A stretch of DNA of 64,000 nucleotides from Dehalococcoidia bacterium (lineage in GTDB: Bacteria > Chloroflexota > Dehalococcoidia > Lucifugimonadales > Australimonadaceae), in NCBI GenBank assembly GCA_965261385.1, contig CBDHDB010000002.1:2813096-2877095 (forward strand). Reading direction: 5' to 3'. Shown in pieces: positions 1 through 9,932 of this stretch. A program made the position numbers and the translations under genes. The notes below the pieces were generated by a model. That model did no database searches and was not told where the DNA came from. It worked only from the letters and a program-made list of their open reading frames with translations. Every line of letters starts with the position of its first letter. Position 1 is the stretch's first letter.

Positions 1-59
1 GACGGCTGCCGGACCCATCGCTCGCTGCGGACGCGGCGACGCTGGGCAAGCCCGCCCGC

Positions 60-2165
60 ATGCCCAAGACGCTCAAACCGATGTTTGCGCACTCGCTGGA
101 CGGGGCCTTCTCGTCGTCGGACTGGCTGTTCGAACCGAAACTGGACGGCTTCCGGGCGCTGGCGTTCCTCTCCGGCGATGAGAATGGTCGGAACGGGCGT
201 CTGCGGCTCCTCAGCAGGACCGGCAACGACCTCACCAAGAACTTCCCTGGCGTCGCCGAGGACTTGGCCGTCCTCCCCCACGACGAGATGATCATCGACG
301 GCGAAATCGTCGCGCTCAACGCCGAGGGGATGCCGGACTTCAACCTGCTGCAGAACAATTCGGGCATGAGGAGAATGCAGCTCCCCGAGGGACGCGATGA
401 GCCAGCGACCATCGCCTACTACCCATTCGACATCCTCTATCTGAATGGCCGCGACCTGCGGCAAGCGCCCCTCTACCAGAGGAAGCGGCTGCTGGCCCTG
501 GCGGTCGTGCCCAGCGACCGTATCCGCTCGGTGGAGTTCATTGAGGGCGAGGGCGAGGCGTTCTACCACATCGCGGAGCAGGTCGGCATCGAGGGCATCG
601 TCGCCAAGCGCCGCGACTCCCGGTACCAGGCGGGCGAGCGCTCGCGAAACTGGCTGAAGATCAAGCGCGTGCTCTCCCAAGAGTTCGTCGTCGCCGGGTA
701 CACGGCGGGTGAGGGAGAGCGGGCCAAGACGTTTGGCGCCGTCCTCCTTGGCTACTACGAGGATGGCGTACTCACCTACGCCGGACGTGCGGGCAGCGGG
801 TTCACCCAACAAACGCTCCTTGACACGCTGGAGGCGATGCAGCCGCTGCGCGTCGACGACTGCCCCTTCTCTGCCCCGCCGCCCGACGTCGACCCAAAGC
901 TCGCGACGTGGCTAAAGCCGGAGCTCGTAGCGCAGGTGAAGTTCTCCCAGTGGACCGCTGACTCGATCATGCGGGCGCCGGTCTTCCTTGGCCTGAGAGG
1001 AGATGTCCCGGCGCGAGCTGTCGTGCGCGAGTCGCCGGAGCCAGTCGCGTCGATAAAGACGATTGGCGCGTCGGCCGCTGAAACGACCGACCTTCGCTCC
1101 GAGTCAGCGGAGGCGCTCGAACAGCTCGCGCGGATCGCGAAGGACGGTCACGTCGAGGTCGGCGGGCAGAAGATTGCGGTCTCGAATCTCGACAAGGTCT
1201 TCTGGCCTGCGACCCGCGAGCGGAGCGCGGCCACCAAGGGCGAGATGCTCGCCTACTATGCGCGAGTCGCGCCCTACCTGCTGCCGCACCTGCGCGACCG
1301 CCCCCTCACCCTCACGCGCTACCCCAACGGCATCGACGGCCAGAGCTTCTACCAGAAGCGTTGGGAGCACGACCTGCCGCCGTTCGCCGAAACAGTGCGC
1401 CTCTTCTCGTCGGCGGCCGAGGGAGACGTCGACTACCTCGTCGTGAACAACTTGCCGACGCTTCTCTGGCTGGCGCAGCTCGCCGATCTGGAGCTGCACC
1501 CGTGGCTTTCTCGGACGACCGTCGAGCCGGACGCGGGGCGCCTAACCGAGAGCTTCACGGGTTCTAAGGAGGAGCTGCGCGAGAGCGTGCTCAACTACCC
1601 CGACTTCATCGTCTTCGACCTCGACCCGTACATCTACTCGGGCGAGGAAAAGGCAGGGGAAGAGCCGGAGCTGAACCGGCGGGCGTTCGCCAAGGGGGCG
1701 GAGGTCGCGCTCGCCCTGAAGGACCTGCTGGACCAGCTCTCCTTATCGTCGTTCCTCAAGACGTCGGGGAAGACGGGGCTGCACATCTATGTTCCCATCG
1801 TGCGGGAATACGACTACGGCGTGACGCGCAAAACGTGTGAGCTTATCGGCAAGTTCCTGCTGCGCCAGCGGCCGCTCGACGTGACGATGGAGTGGAGCGT
1901 TAGCAAGCGCTCCGGCAAGATATTCCTCGACTACAACATGAACGTGATGGAGAAGAACATGGCGTCGGTCTACTCGCTCCGCCCGCTGCCCGGCGCGCCG
2001 GTCTCCGTGCCCCTGCGCTGGGACGAGCTCGGCAGCGTCTACCCGAGCGACTTCAACATCGACTCCGTCCACGAGCGTCTGGCGGCGGTCGGCGACCTGT
2101 GGGGAGACATCCTGAAGGCCAAACATGACCTCCGGCGGCTGCTCGAAACGGCCATGAAGGAGTAG
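60..2165 (+). CDS. ligD: ATP-dependent DNA ligase LigD (ligase domain followed by primase-polymerase domain)
   Basis: 701-aa ORF. It has the ligase motif I KLDGFR near the N-terminus. The C-terminal half has the typical LigD polymerase signature (FWP..TKG..YY..PHLRDRPLTLTRYPNG..FYQK). The frame is open from nt 3 to the ATG, so the gene may extend upstream of the window (possible PE domain). Confidence 0.9.
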   Translation: MPKTLKPMFAHSLDGAFSSSDWLFEPKLDGFRALAFLSGDENGRNGRLRLLSRTGNDLTKNFPGVAEDLAVLPHDEMIIDGEIVALNAEGMPDFNLLQNNSGMRRMQLPEGRDEPATIAYYPFDILYLNGRDLRQAPLYQRKRLLALAVVPSDRIRSVEFIEGEGEAFYHIAEQVGIEGIVAKRRDSRYQAGERSRNWLKIKRVLSQEFVVAGYTAGEGERAKTFGAVLLGYYEDGVLTYAGRAGSGFTQQTLLDTLEAMQPLRVDDCPFSAPPPDVDPKLATWLKPELVAQVKFSQWTADSIMRAPVFLGLRGDVPARAVVRESPEPVASIKTIGASAAETTDLRSESAEALEQLARIAKDGHVEVGGQKIAVSNLDKVFWPATRERSAATKGEMLAYYARVAPYLLPHLRDRPLTLTRYPNGIDGQSFYQKRWEHDLPPFAETVRLFSSAAEGDVDYLVVNNLPTLLWLAQLADLELHPWLSRTTVEPDAGRLTESFTGSKEELRESVLNYPDFIVFDLDPYIYSGEEKAGEEPELNRRAFAKGAEVALALKDLLDQLSLSSFLKTSGKTGLHIYVPIVREYDYGVTRKTCELIGKFLLRQRPLDVTMEWSVSKRSGKIFLDYNMNVMEKNMASVYSLRPLPGAPVSVPLRWDELGSVYPSDFNIDSVHERLAAVGDLWGDILKAKHDLRRLLETAMKE

Positions 2166-2168
2166 ACG

Positions 2169-4397
2169 ATGCAGTCTTACCGTGTACTCGGGACGAGCGC
2201 GCCGCGCGTTGACGGCGCCGACAAGACAACGGGCGCTGCCCGCTATGCCTCCGACACCGACCTGCCCGGGACGTTATGGGCGAAGTCGCTGCGGAGCCCC
2301 TATCCGCATGCGCGGATCGTCCGCATCGACACGTCGAGGGCCGAGGGCCTCCCAGGCGTGCACGCTGTGCTGACAGGCGCCGACGTTGCGGGGGTCCTCT
2401 ACGGACGGCGGCTGCGGGACGTGCCGCCGCTCGCCCAGGAGCGCGTCCGGTTCGCCGGCGAGCGCGTAGCGGCCGTCGCGGCGGACGACGTGGAGACGGC
2501 GCAGCGAGCGGTCGAGCTCATCGAGGTCGAATACGAGGAGCTGCCGGCCGTCCTGGAGCCGGAAGACGCGCTGGCGGACGACGCGCCGCTGCTGCACCCG
2601 GACGTGCAGAGCTATGCCGGCCTGCCCACGCCCCTCCCGGCGCCCACCAACGCCTTCGTGAGCGATACGTGGGGGCGAGGCGATCCCGAGCGGGGGTTTG
2701 CCGAGGCCGACCTCATCGTCGAGGAAACGTACACGACACAGCGCGCGCATCAGGCGTACCTCGAACCACACTCGTGCGTCGTCTGGATCGATGGGGACGG
2801 GCGCGTGCAGATCTGGGCGTCCAACAAGGCGCCCCACCGCCTCAAGCTCAACTTGGTCGACGCCCTCGGCTTGGACCCGGCGGACATCGTGGTGCGCCAC
2901 TCAACAATAGGCGCGGACTTCGGCGGCAAGGGCTCGCCGATGGACATCCCCGTCTGCTACTTCCTGGCGAAGAAGACGGGAAGGCCGGTCAAGAGCGTAA
3001 TGACCTTCGCCGAGGAGTTCTCGGCAGCGAACCCGCGGCACCCCAGCGTCGTGCGGATGCGGACCGGAGTGAAGCGAGACGGAACGATCACGGCCCACGA
3101 GGCGCGGTTCCTCTTCAACAGCGGCGCCTACGGCGGATTCAAGCCCGTGCCCGGCGTCAACCTGCCTGGCGCGAGCCATGCCGCCGGGCCCTACCGCATA
3201 CCGCATACGCTCATCGAGGCCGTCCACGTCTACACCAACACGGTTCCCGGCGGCTTCTTCCGCGGGCCCGGGGCGGTGCAGGCCAACTTCGCGAGCGAGT
3301 CCCACATGGACGTCATCGCTTATCGCCTCGGCCTCGATCCGCTCACGTTTCGCCGGAAGAACCTCGTCCGCAGCGGCGAAGAGCTGGCCAACGGAATGCC
3401 GGGGCTGACGATGCGCCCGGAAGAGACGGTCGACGCTGCGGTGCGCGCATCCGGATACGGCGACCCCAAGCCGCCCAACGTTGGACGCGGCATATCCCTC
3501 GCCTACAAAGACCAAGGCGAGGGCGTGTCGTCGGCAGCCGTCACGTTCATGGCGGACGGCACGGTGCTGCTGAATACCTCGGTGTTCGAGCAGGGCACCG
3601 GCTCCTATACGGCCCTCGCCCAGATCGTCGGCGAGGCGCTCGGCCTGCCGCCCTCGGCCATCGAGGTCGAGGCGTGGGACTCGGACGACGGGCCATTCGA
3701 CACGGGCGTAGGCGCAAGCCGGGTGACGCGGGTCGCGGGGCCGGCGGCGTACGAGGCCGCCGGCATGGCCAAGGGCGAGCTGCTGAAGCTCGCAGCGGCG
3801 AGCCTCAGCTGGCCGGCGGACCGCGTCGCGTTGTCCGGCGACGACGTGGCGCGGACCGATACCGGAGAGTCGACGCCGTGGGCGGAGCTCGTGGCGCAAT
3901 CGGCGGCGCCTATCATGGGAAAGGCCACGAACAACGAGCACGAGCCCTCGCCGGTGGCTTCCGCGATGGTCCAGATTGCCGAAGTGCGGGTCGACCCGGA
4001 GACCGGGGCCGTCCAACTGCTGAAGCTGACGAGCGCCCACGATGTCGGCGTCGTCATCAACCCCATCGGCCACCAGGGGCAGATCAACGGCGGCGTCATC
4101 CAGGGCATGGGGAACGCGCTCACCGAGGAACTCCTGGTCGAGAATGGCCACGTCGTCAACCCCAGCTTTGCCGACTACAAGCTCCCGTCCATCGCCGACC
4201 TCCCGGAGATGCGGACGGCGCTCGTTGAGTCCGAGGAGGGCGTGGGCCCCTACCGCACGAAGGGCATCGGCGAGTACGCAATCGAGGGCGTAACCGCGGC
4301 GATCGCAAACGCAGTGGCCGACGCGATAGGCGTTCGCATCACCGACACGCCCGTGACAGCGGAGAAGGTCTACCGCGCGCTCCACCGGCAGGCCTAA
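2169..4397 (+). CDS. Xanthine dehydrogenase/aldehyde oxidase family molybdopterin-binding large subunit (orphan, no adjacent S/M subunits)
   Basis: 742-aa ORF starting 4 nt after the ligD stop. The N-terminus (RVDGADKTTGAARYASD) and overall layout are typical of CoxL/XdhA-type large subunits. Confidence 0.85.
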   Translation: MQSYRVLGTSAPRVDGADKTTGAARYASDTDLPGTLWAKSLRSPYPHARIVRIDTSRAEGLPGVHAVLTGADVAGVLYGRRLRDVPPLAQERVRFAGERVAAVAADDVETAQRAVELIEVEYEELPAVLEPEDALADDAPLLHPDVQSYAGLPTPLPAPTNAFVSDTWGRGDPERGFAEADLIVEETYTTQRAHQAYLEPHSCVVWIDGDGRVQIWASNKAPHRLKLNLVDALGLDPADIVVRHSTIGADFGGKGSPMDIPVCYFLAKKTGRPVKSVMTFAEEFSAANPRHPSVVRMRTGVKRDGTITAHEARFLFNSGAYGGFKPVPGVNLPGASHAAGPYRIPHTLIEAVHVYTNTVPGGFFRGPGAVQANFASESHMDVIAYRLGLDPLTFRRKNLVRSGEELANGMPGLTMRPEETVDAAVRASGYGDPKPPNVGRGISLAYKDQGEGVSSAAVTFMADGTVLLNTSVFEQGTGSYTALAQIVGEALGLPPSAIEVEAWDSDDGPFDTGVGASRVTRVAGPAAYEAAGMAKGELLKLAAASLSWPADRVALSGDDVARTDTGESTPWAELVAQSAAPIMGKATNNEHEPSPVASAMVQIAEVRVDPETGAVQLLKLTSAHDVGVVINPIGHQGQINGGVIQGMGNALTEELLVENGHVVNPSFADYKLPSIADLPEMRTALVESEEGVGPYRTKGIGEYAIEGVTAAIANAVADAIGVRITDTPVTAEKVYRALHRQA

Positions 4398-4455
4398 CAC
4401 GAGAGCGCCCGAGCGCAACTCCGATAGCCTCGCCAGCGCGCAGAAGGAGCGAACT

Positions 4456-5136
4456 TTGAAATCACTCATCGTTGGCGGATCATCAGGCATTGGCGCGGCG
4501 ATTATCCGCACGCTCCTAGGCGCCGGCCATGAAGTCGCCGCCACGTACCGGACGAGCATCCCGCCGGGACTCGACGCCGCGGCGTGGGTCAAGGCCGACA
4601 TCCGCTCTCTGCCCGACCTCGACGCCCTCGCCGGGCCGGCGGAGAACGCAGGCATGGTTGTCCTTTTGCCGGGCCTCTCCCCCGGCCAGAAGCTCGAAGA
4701 GTACGCGGACGACCAGATCGACGAGGTCGTCGACGTTAACTTCTCCGGCCAGTTCCGGGTGATTCAGCGTGTCGCTCCGGTCCTTCCGGACCCTTCCCAC
4801 ATCATCGTGATGGGCTCGCTGGCCGGCCAGCGAGGCTCGGCCGACCCCCTCTACGGCGCCACCAAGGGCGCGATGCACGCCCTCGTCAAGTCCTTGGCCA
4901 AGTCCCTTGCGCCGAGGACCCGCGTGAACGTCGTGGCGCCGGGCATGGTGACGGGGACCGGCATGTCCGACGACACGCCGCAGCAGGTCCTCGACGCGCA
5001 CCTCGCGGTGACGCCGACAGGCCACTTCATCAGCGCGGACGAGCTGTCGAGAATAGTGCTCGACCTCACCCAACCCCACTGGCGCCAGCTCAACGGCGCC
5101 TGTATCGACATCAACGGCGGCCAGTACGTGCGCTAG
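4456..5136 (+). CDS. SDR family oxidoreductase
   Basis: TTG start preceded by GAAGGAG. Has the Rossmann motif GGSSGIG and the catalytic Y..xK region (YGATKGA). Confidence 0.8.
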   Translation: MKSLIVGGSSGIGAAIIRTLLGAGHEVAATYRTSIPPGLDAAAWVKADIRSLPDLDALAGPAENAGMVVLLPGLSPGQKLEEYADDQIDEVVDVNFSGQFRVIQRVAPVLPDPSHIIVMGSLAGQRGSADPLYGATKGAMHALVKSLAKSLAPRTRVNVVAPGMVTGTGMSDDTPQQVLDAHLAVTPTGHFISADELSRIVLDLTQPHWRQLNGACIDINGGQYVR

Positions 5137-5300
5137 GGAGTCGATGGCAGCGGCAAGAACTATAGCATCCGGCCCTTGGAGGCTATTCGCCTACGGTCGT
5201 TCGGTAACATATGCGACGGCGGCGCTGACCCCAGCCGGAGATGGTCGAGGAAAGCGCCGCGCCGCCACTCAGGAATCCGGCCTGATAGGCTATCGCCGAC

Positions 5301-6146
5301 GTGCCCTACGAGCCATCCTCATTCCTGCGCAGCCTGAGCCTATTCACCGAGGCTCGGCATCAGCCGTTCCGGCTTCCCGCGGACGGTGAGGCCGTAGGCG
5401 GCGCAGTGCTCGTGCATGGGTTTCCCGGCACGCCCGCCGATATGCGACCGCTTGCCGCTTCCCTCGCCGCTGCCGGATGGTCTGTCGACGCGCCGCTGCT
5501 GCCCGGTTTCGGCCCCGAAATCATCACCCTACCCAACAGGAAGCACGCCGAGTGGTGTGCGACCGTCGCGGAGTGCGTCTGGGGAATGCGGCGGGAGCAC
5601 CGCAAAGTCATTGTCGTCGGCCACTCGCTTGGAGGTGCCGTCGGCGTTGTGTCGGCGGCGCTGGAGCCGGCGGACGGCTACGCGCTGCTCGCTCCGTTCT
5701 GGCGGTTCGGGGGCGCGCTGAGCCACCTTTTCTGGCCGCTGCTCCGGGTGTTTGCCGGCCGCTGGCGTCCCCTCAAGAACGCCGACTTCTCCGACCAACG
5801 CATCAGGCAAGGGTTGCTCCGCATCATCCCCGACCTGGAGATTGACGACTTTGACGTCCAACAAGAGCTGCGCGCGTTTCAAGTGCCGACCCAGCTCCTG
5901 AACGAGCTGCGCGGACTCGGCATCGCGACAGACAGAACGGCCAAACGCTTGGCCGCGCCGACCCTCGTGCTCCAAGGTCTGCGCGACACCCTGGTCAGGC
6001 CCGAGCACACCGCCTTGCTTGTCGAGCGCCTGCCCCAAGTGTCGCGTTTCGAGGTTGTCGACGGCTCGCACAGCCTTCCAAACCCAGAGGACGGCGCATG
6101 GGAGCGCGTTGAGCAGGCCGTGCTCAAGTTCGTCGCGAGCGTCTAA
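5301..6146 (+). CDS. alpha/beta hydrolase
   Basis: 281-aa ORF with the nucleophile elbow GHSLGG and the HGFPG oxyanion region. Confidence 0.75.
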   Translation: MPYEPSSFLRSLSLFTEARHQPFRLPADGEAVGGAVLVHGFPGTPADMRPLAASLAAAGWSVDAPLLPGFGPEIITLPNRKHAEWCATVAECVWGMRREHRKVIVVGHSLGGAVGVVSAALEPADGYALLAPFWRFGGALSHLFWPLLRVFAGRWRPLKNADFSDQRIRQGLLRIIPDLEIDDFDVQQELRAFQVPTQLLNELRGLGIATDRTAKRLAAPTLVLQGLRDTLVRPEHTALLVERLPQVSRFEVVDGSHSLPNPEDGAWERVEQAVLKFVASV

Positions 6147-7306
6147 AGCCCAGCCAGCCACGCTCCGAGACGCGACAGCGCCTCGCGGATGTTGTCCTGG
6201 GAGTTCGCAAACGAGATGCGCGCGTAGCCCTCGCCGAACTTGCCGAACGATGTGCCGGAGAGCAGCGAGACTCCGGCCTCGTCGAGCACGCGCCGCTCGA
6301 ACTCCCCGCTCGATAGGCCGGTCCCCGTGATGTTGGGGAAGGCGTAGAAGGCGCCCTTGGGCATGGGGCACGAGACGCCCGGCAGCGCGTTGAGTCCGTC
6401 CACCAAGAGATCGCGTCGCTCTTTGAACTCCGCGACCATCCCAACGACCGACTCCTGGGGCCCTTGAATCGCGGCCAGCGCCGCAATCTGGCTGAACGCG
6501 GCGGTGCACGACACACTGTTCGTCACGAGCCGCGTGACCGGCTCCACGAGCGGCTCCGGCAGAACGCCATACCCCACGCGCCAGCCAGTCATCGCGTAGC
6601 TCTTGGAGAGGCCGTCGAGCAGCACCGTCCGGTCCCACATGCCGGGGAACTGCGTGATGGAGCTATGGGAGCCTTCGTAGTAGAAGTCCTTGTATATCTC
6701 GTCGGCCAGCACCACGGCGTCCGCCTCCACGGCGAGATCGGCGATGCGCCGGAGGACAGAGTCGGGAATCACGCTCCCGCAAGGGTTGTTGGGCGAATTG
6801 ACGATGATCAGCTTGGTACGGGGCGTGATGAGCCCTTCCAGCTGGTCCGGGTCCAGGTTGTAGCCGAGCTCCTCGTGCAGCTGCATCGGGATCGGCGTAG
6901 CCCCGGCGAACCTGATCATCGACTCGTATATGGGGAAGCCGGGGTTCGGATAGACGACCTCGTCGCCCTCCTCAGCCAAGGCGAGGATAGTGAAGAACAT
7001 GATGGGTTTGCCGCCGGGCGTAACAATCACCCGGGACGCCGGCGTCTCGTAGTCCAAGCGGCGGCTCACGTCAGCGGCAATCGCCTGGCGCGCCTCGGTG
7101 ATGCCGGCCGATGGCACGTAGTGCGTATAGCCGTCGTCAAGCGCGTCCTTTGCCGCCTCGACGATGTGCTCAGGCGTGTCGAAGTCCGGTTCGCCGATGC
7201 CGAGGAAGACGATGCTGCGCCCCTGGGCTTCGAGCCCCTTGGCGCGGGCGAGCGCCTCAAAGGCGGTCTCGGTGCCGAGGCGGGACATACGCGACGCTAG
7301 GCGCAT
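6143..7306 (-). CDS. class I/II pyridoxal-phosphate aminotransferase (aspartate aminotransferase-like)
   Basis: 387 aa. Has the PLP-lysine motif SKSYAMTGWRVGY and the NPxNPCG motif. Confidence 0.85.
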   Translation of the reverse strand: MRLASRMSRLGTETAFEALARAKGLEAQGRSIVFLGIGEPDFDTPEHIVEAAKDALDDGYTHYVPSAGITEARQAIAADVSRRLDYETPASRVIVTPGGKPIMFFTILALAEEGDEVVYPNPGFPIYESMIRFAGATPIPMQLHEELGYNLDPDQLEGLITPRTKLIIVNSPNNPCGSVIPDSVLRRIADLAVEADAVVLADEIYKDFYYEGSHSSITQFPGMWDRTVLLDGLSKSYAMTGWRVGYGVLPEPLVEPVTRLVTNSVSCTAAFSQIAALAAIQGPQESVVGMVAEFKERRDLLVDGLNALPGVSCPMPKGAFYAFPNITGTGLSSGEFERRVLDEAGVSLLSGTSFGKFGEGYARISFANSQDNIREALSRLGAWLAGL

Positions 7307-7313
7307 TGGAGCG

Positions 7314-7592
7314 TCAGCCTGCTCCCCCGGCGATGGCGGGGAGGAAGTGGACCTCGGAGTCCTCGTCTAGGGTGGTCAGCAGGCCCATGTTGGTGGGTTC
7401 GCCATCCACGACGGCCGCAAGCCCCGGCATCAGGCGTTCGGCGTCATCCGGGTTGACGAGGCTTTCAGCGATGCCCGGATACCGCCCGTCCAGGTTCCGT
7501 ATGAGGGCGCGCAAGGTCGCTCCGGGCACTTCCGCGCTGGCCTCGCCACCCGTGTAACGTCTGAGCGGTATCGACAGAAAGACCCTCGCCAC
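7314..7592 (-). CDS. MoaD/ThiS-family ubiquitin-like sulfur-carrier protein, C-terminus ...AIAGGAG
   Basis: 92 aa, of beta-grasp-like size. A diglycine lies 2 residues before the stop. Located immediately downstream of the coxL-type gene. Confidence 0.6.
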   Translation of the reverse strand: MARVFLSIPLRRYTGGEASAEVPGATLRALIRNLDGRYPGIAESLVNPDDAERLMPGLAAVVDGEPTNMGLLTTLDEDSEVHFLPAIAGGAG

Positions 7593-7603
7593 GCCGCCGC
7601 GTC

Positions 7604-9910
7604 CTAGCGTCCGTTCTTGGCGCCCGGCTTGTTCGCCATCGCCTCCATGATCCGGTTCGGGTTCATGGGGGTCTGGTACAGCCGCGCGCCGATGGCGTTC
7701 GCAATCGCGTTGCCGACCGCAGGGGCAGGCGGAACGATGCTCGTCTCGCCGATGCCGCGCACGCCGAATGGGTGGTTCGTGTTGGGCACCTCGACCACGA
7801 TGGTGTCCAGCATCGGCAGGTCAAGGGCAGTGGGCATGCGATAGTCCAGGAAGCTGGAGTTCTGCATCACTCCGTCGGGGTTGGTGTAGTACTCCTCGTT
7901 GAGCGCCCAGCCGATGCCCTGCGCGGCGCCGCCTTGGAACTGGCCTTCCACGTAGGAAGGGTGCACCGCCTTGCCCGCGTCCTGGGCCGCGGTGTAGCGG
8001 AGTATCTGCACCTTGCCCGTCTCCGGGTCCACTTCCACGTCGACGACGTGCGCCGCGAAACTGCCGCCGCCGGAACCGCGGACGTTCACCGTTCCGGTCT
8101 TGGACACCGGGCCGCCGGTCTGGCCGAGCTTGCCGGCCGCCTCCTTGAACGTGAAACGCTGGTCGGGCGCAGTCTTGTTCTGGAAGACGCCGCCCTCGAA
8201 CTCGACGTTCTCCGGCTCCGTCTCCCAAATCATCGCCATTCGCTTCCTGATCTCCTCGACGACCTGCCGCGCCGCTTCTATCGCCGCCTGTCCGCTGGCG
8301 TAGGTCGTGCGGCTGCCGGCAGTGAGGTCGTTATAGCCAACCGAGTCCGTGTCCACGACCGTCGGATGCACGTCGTGAGCAGGCAAACCGAGGATCTCGG
8401 CGGCCTGCATCGCGATCGTGGTCCGCGTGCCGCCGATGTCGGGGTTGCCCTCCACCAGCGAGACCACGCCGTCGTCGTTGACGTTGATGGTGACTGACGA
8501 GCGGTTGCCCCCGCCGTTCCAGTAGCCGCTGGCCATGCCGCGCCCACGCAGCTTCCCATCCGGCCCCGTGCGCTCGAGGTCGCTCTTGAAGTGGTCGGAG
8601 TTCTTGATCGCTTCCATACACGCCACGTTCCCGATGCGCGGGAACACGGGGCCGTCCGGCCTGCGCGTGCCCTCTTCCGCTGCGTTGAGCAGGTGGAACT
8701 CCATCGGGTCCATGCCGATCAGCTCACACAGCTCGCTGACCAACGACTCGCTGGCGAACGTGGCCTGCGGTGTGCCCGGCGCGCGGTAGGCGGCCGTCTT
8801 GGACATGTTGATGACCACGTCGTAGGCGTCGATGCGGACGTTCGGCGCCTTGTAGCAGGCGAAGATGCCCGCCGTCGCCGCGCTGATGGACGAGCCGGGA
8901 TATGCGCCCGCCATGTAGCGGATGTCCGCCGTCACCGCGAGAATCCTACCGTCCGCGTCGACTCCGATCTTTGCGGTGACCTGCCCGCCCGGGCCGGGGC
9001 CGGTGGCGTCGAACACGGACTTGCGGTCCATGATCATCTTGACCGGCTTGCCGGACTTGCGGGACAGCATCGCGGCCAAGGGCTCCAGGTAGAGCCCTAT
9101 CTTGCCGCCGAACCCGCCGCCGATCTCCGTCGGCACAACGCGCACGTTGGAGAGCGGGAGCTTCAACACCGTGGCCAGATTGCTCCGCACGCCGAACGGC
9201 GCCTGGGTGGTCGTCCAGACCGCGAGCTTGTCGTCCGGGCTCCAGAAAGCGGTGGAGCTGTGCGGCTCGATGTAGCCTTGGTGGGCCCGCGCGATGGTGT
9301 ACGTGCGTTCGAGCACGTGGGCCGCCTCCGCGAACGCGGCGTCAGGGTCGCCGAACTCCGTACGGGTGTGCTCCGCGATGTTGGTCGGCGACACCTTCTC
9401 ACCCAGGTGGTTGCCTTCCAGATCGTCGTGGATGATGACTGCGTCCGGCTTCATCGCGTCTTCCAGGCTGATGACCGCAGGGAGCGGCTCGTACTCGACC
9501 TCGATGAGCTTGAGCGCCTCCAGGGCCGTGTTCTGGTCCACGGCCGCGACCGCCGCGACCGGATGCCCCCTGTACACGGTCTTGTCGTGCGCCATGACGC
9601 GCTGGCTGGCCCACTTCAGGTTGGTCACCTCTTCCATCATGTCCACTAGCTTGGAGCCGGTGACCGGCATGTCCTCGCCGGTGATAGCGGCGAAGACGCC
9701 CGGAGCGGCCTCGGCGCGTGAGACGTCCACTTTCTTGATGATGGCGTGAGCGTACGGGCTCCGCAGCACCGCGCCGTGGATGAGGCCTGGCAGTTTCACG
9801 TCCGCGCCGTACTGAGCGCGGCCCAGCACCTTGTCGATGCCGTCATGCCTGACGGGACGCGTGCCTATGACCTTGAATTCTTGGGCAGGCTTGTCGGTTG
9901 TCGTGGTCAT
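7604..9910 (-). CDS. XDH/aldehyde oxidase family molybdopterin-binding large subunit (CoxL-type)
   Basis: The long ORF runs to 9967, but the ATG at 9910 has a GGAGGAG RBS and avoids overlap with the upstream small subunit. Family-typical motifs are present, including AAYRAPG. Confidence 0.9.
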   Translation of the reverse strand: MTTTTDKPAQEFKVIGTRPVRHDGIDKVLGRAQYGADVKLPGLIHGAVLRSPYAHAIIKKVDVSRAEAAPGVFAAITGEDMPVTGSKLVDMMEEVTNLKWASQRVMAHDKTVYRGHPVAAVAAVDQNTALEALKLIEVEYEPLPAVISLEDAMKPDAVIIHDDLEGNHLGEKVSPTNIAEHTRTEFGDPDAAFAEAAHVLERTYTIARAHQGYIEPHSSTAFWSPDDKLAVWTTTQAPFGVRSNLATVLKLPLSNVRVVPTEIGGGFGGKIGLYLEPLAAMLSRKSGKPVKMIMDRKSVFDATGPGPGGQVTAKIGVDADGRILAVTADIRYMAGAYPGSSISAATAGIFACYKAPNVRIDAYDVVINMSKTAAYRAPGTPQATFASESLVSELCELIGMDPMEFHLLNAAEEGTRRPDGPVFPRIGNVACMEAIKNSDHFKSDLERTGPDGKLRGRGMASGYWNGGGNRSSVTINVNDDGVVSLVEGNPDIGGTRTTIAMQAAEILGLPAHDVHPTVVDTDSVGYNDLTAGSRTTYASGQAAIEAARQVVEEIRKRMAMIWETEPENVEFEGGVFQNKTAPDQRFTFKEAAGKLGQTGGPVSKTGTVNVRGSGGGSFAAHVVDVEVDPETGKVQILRYTAAQDAGKAVHPSYVEGQFQGGAAQGIGWALNEEYYTNPDGVMQNSSFLDYRMPTALDLPMLDTIVVEVPNTNHPFGVRGIGETSIVPPAPAVGNAIANAIGARLYQTPMNPNRIMEAMANKPGAKNGR

Positions 9911-9932
9911 TCGCGACTCCTCCGGAATGTCG

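Noticed and set aside
2276-4655. Long alternative ORFs (650 aa on the plus strand, 584 aa on the minus strand) overlapping the XDH-family gene. Similar shadow ORFs occur at 5529..6638, 8591..9649, 34239..35412, 46133..47479, 56399..57432 and 59848..61106.
   Set aside because: Arg/Pro/Gly/Ala-rich translations are typical of out-of-frame or antisense reading of high-GC genes. In each case the overlapping frame has clear family motifs.
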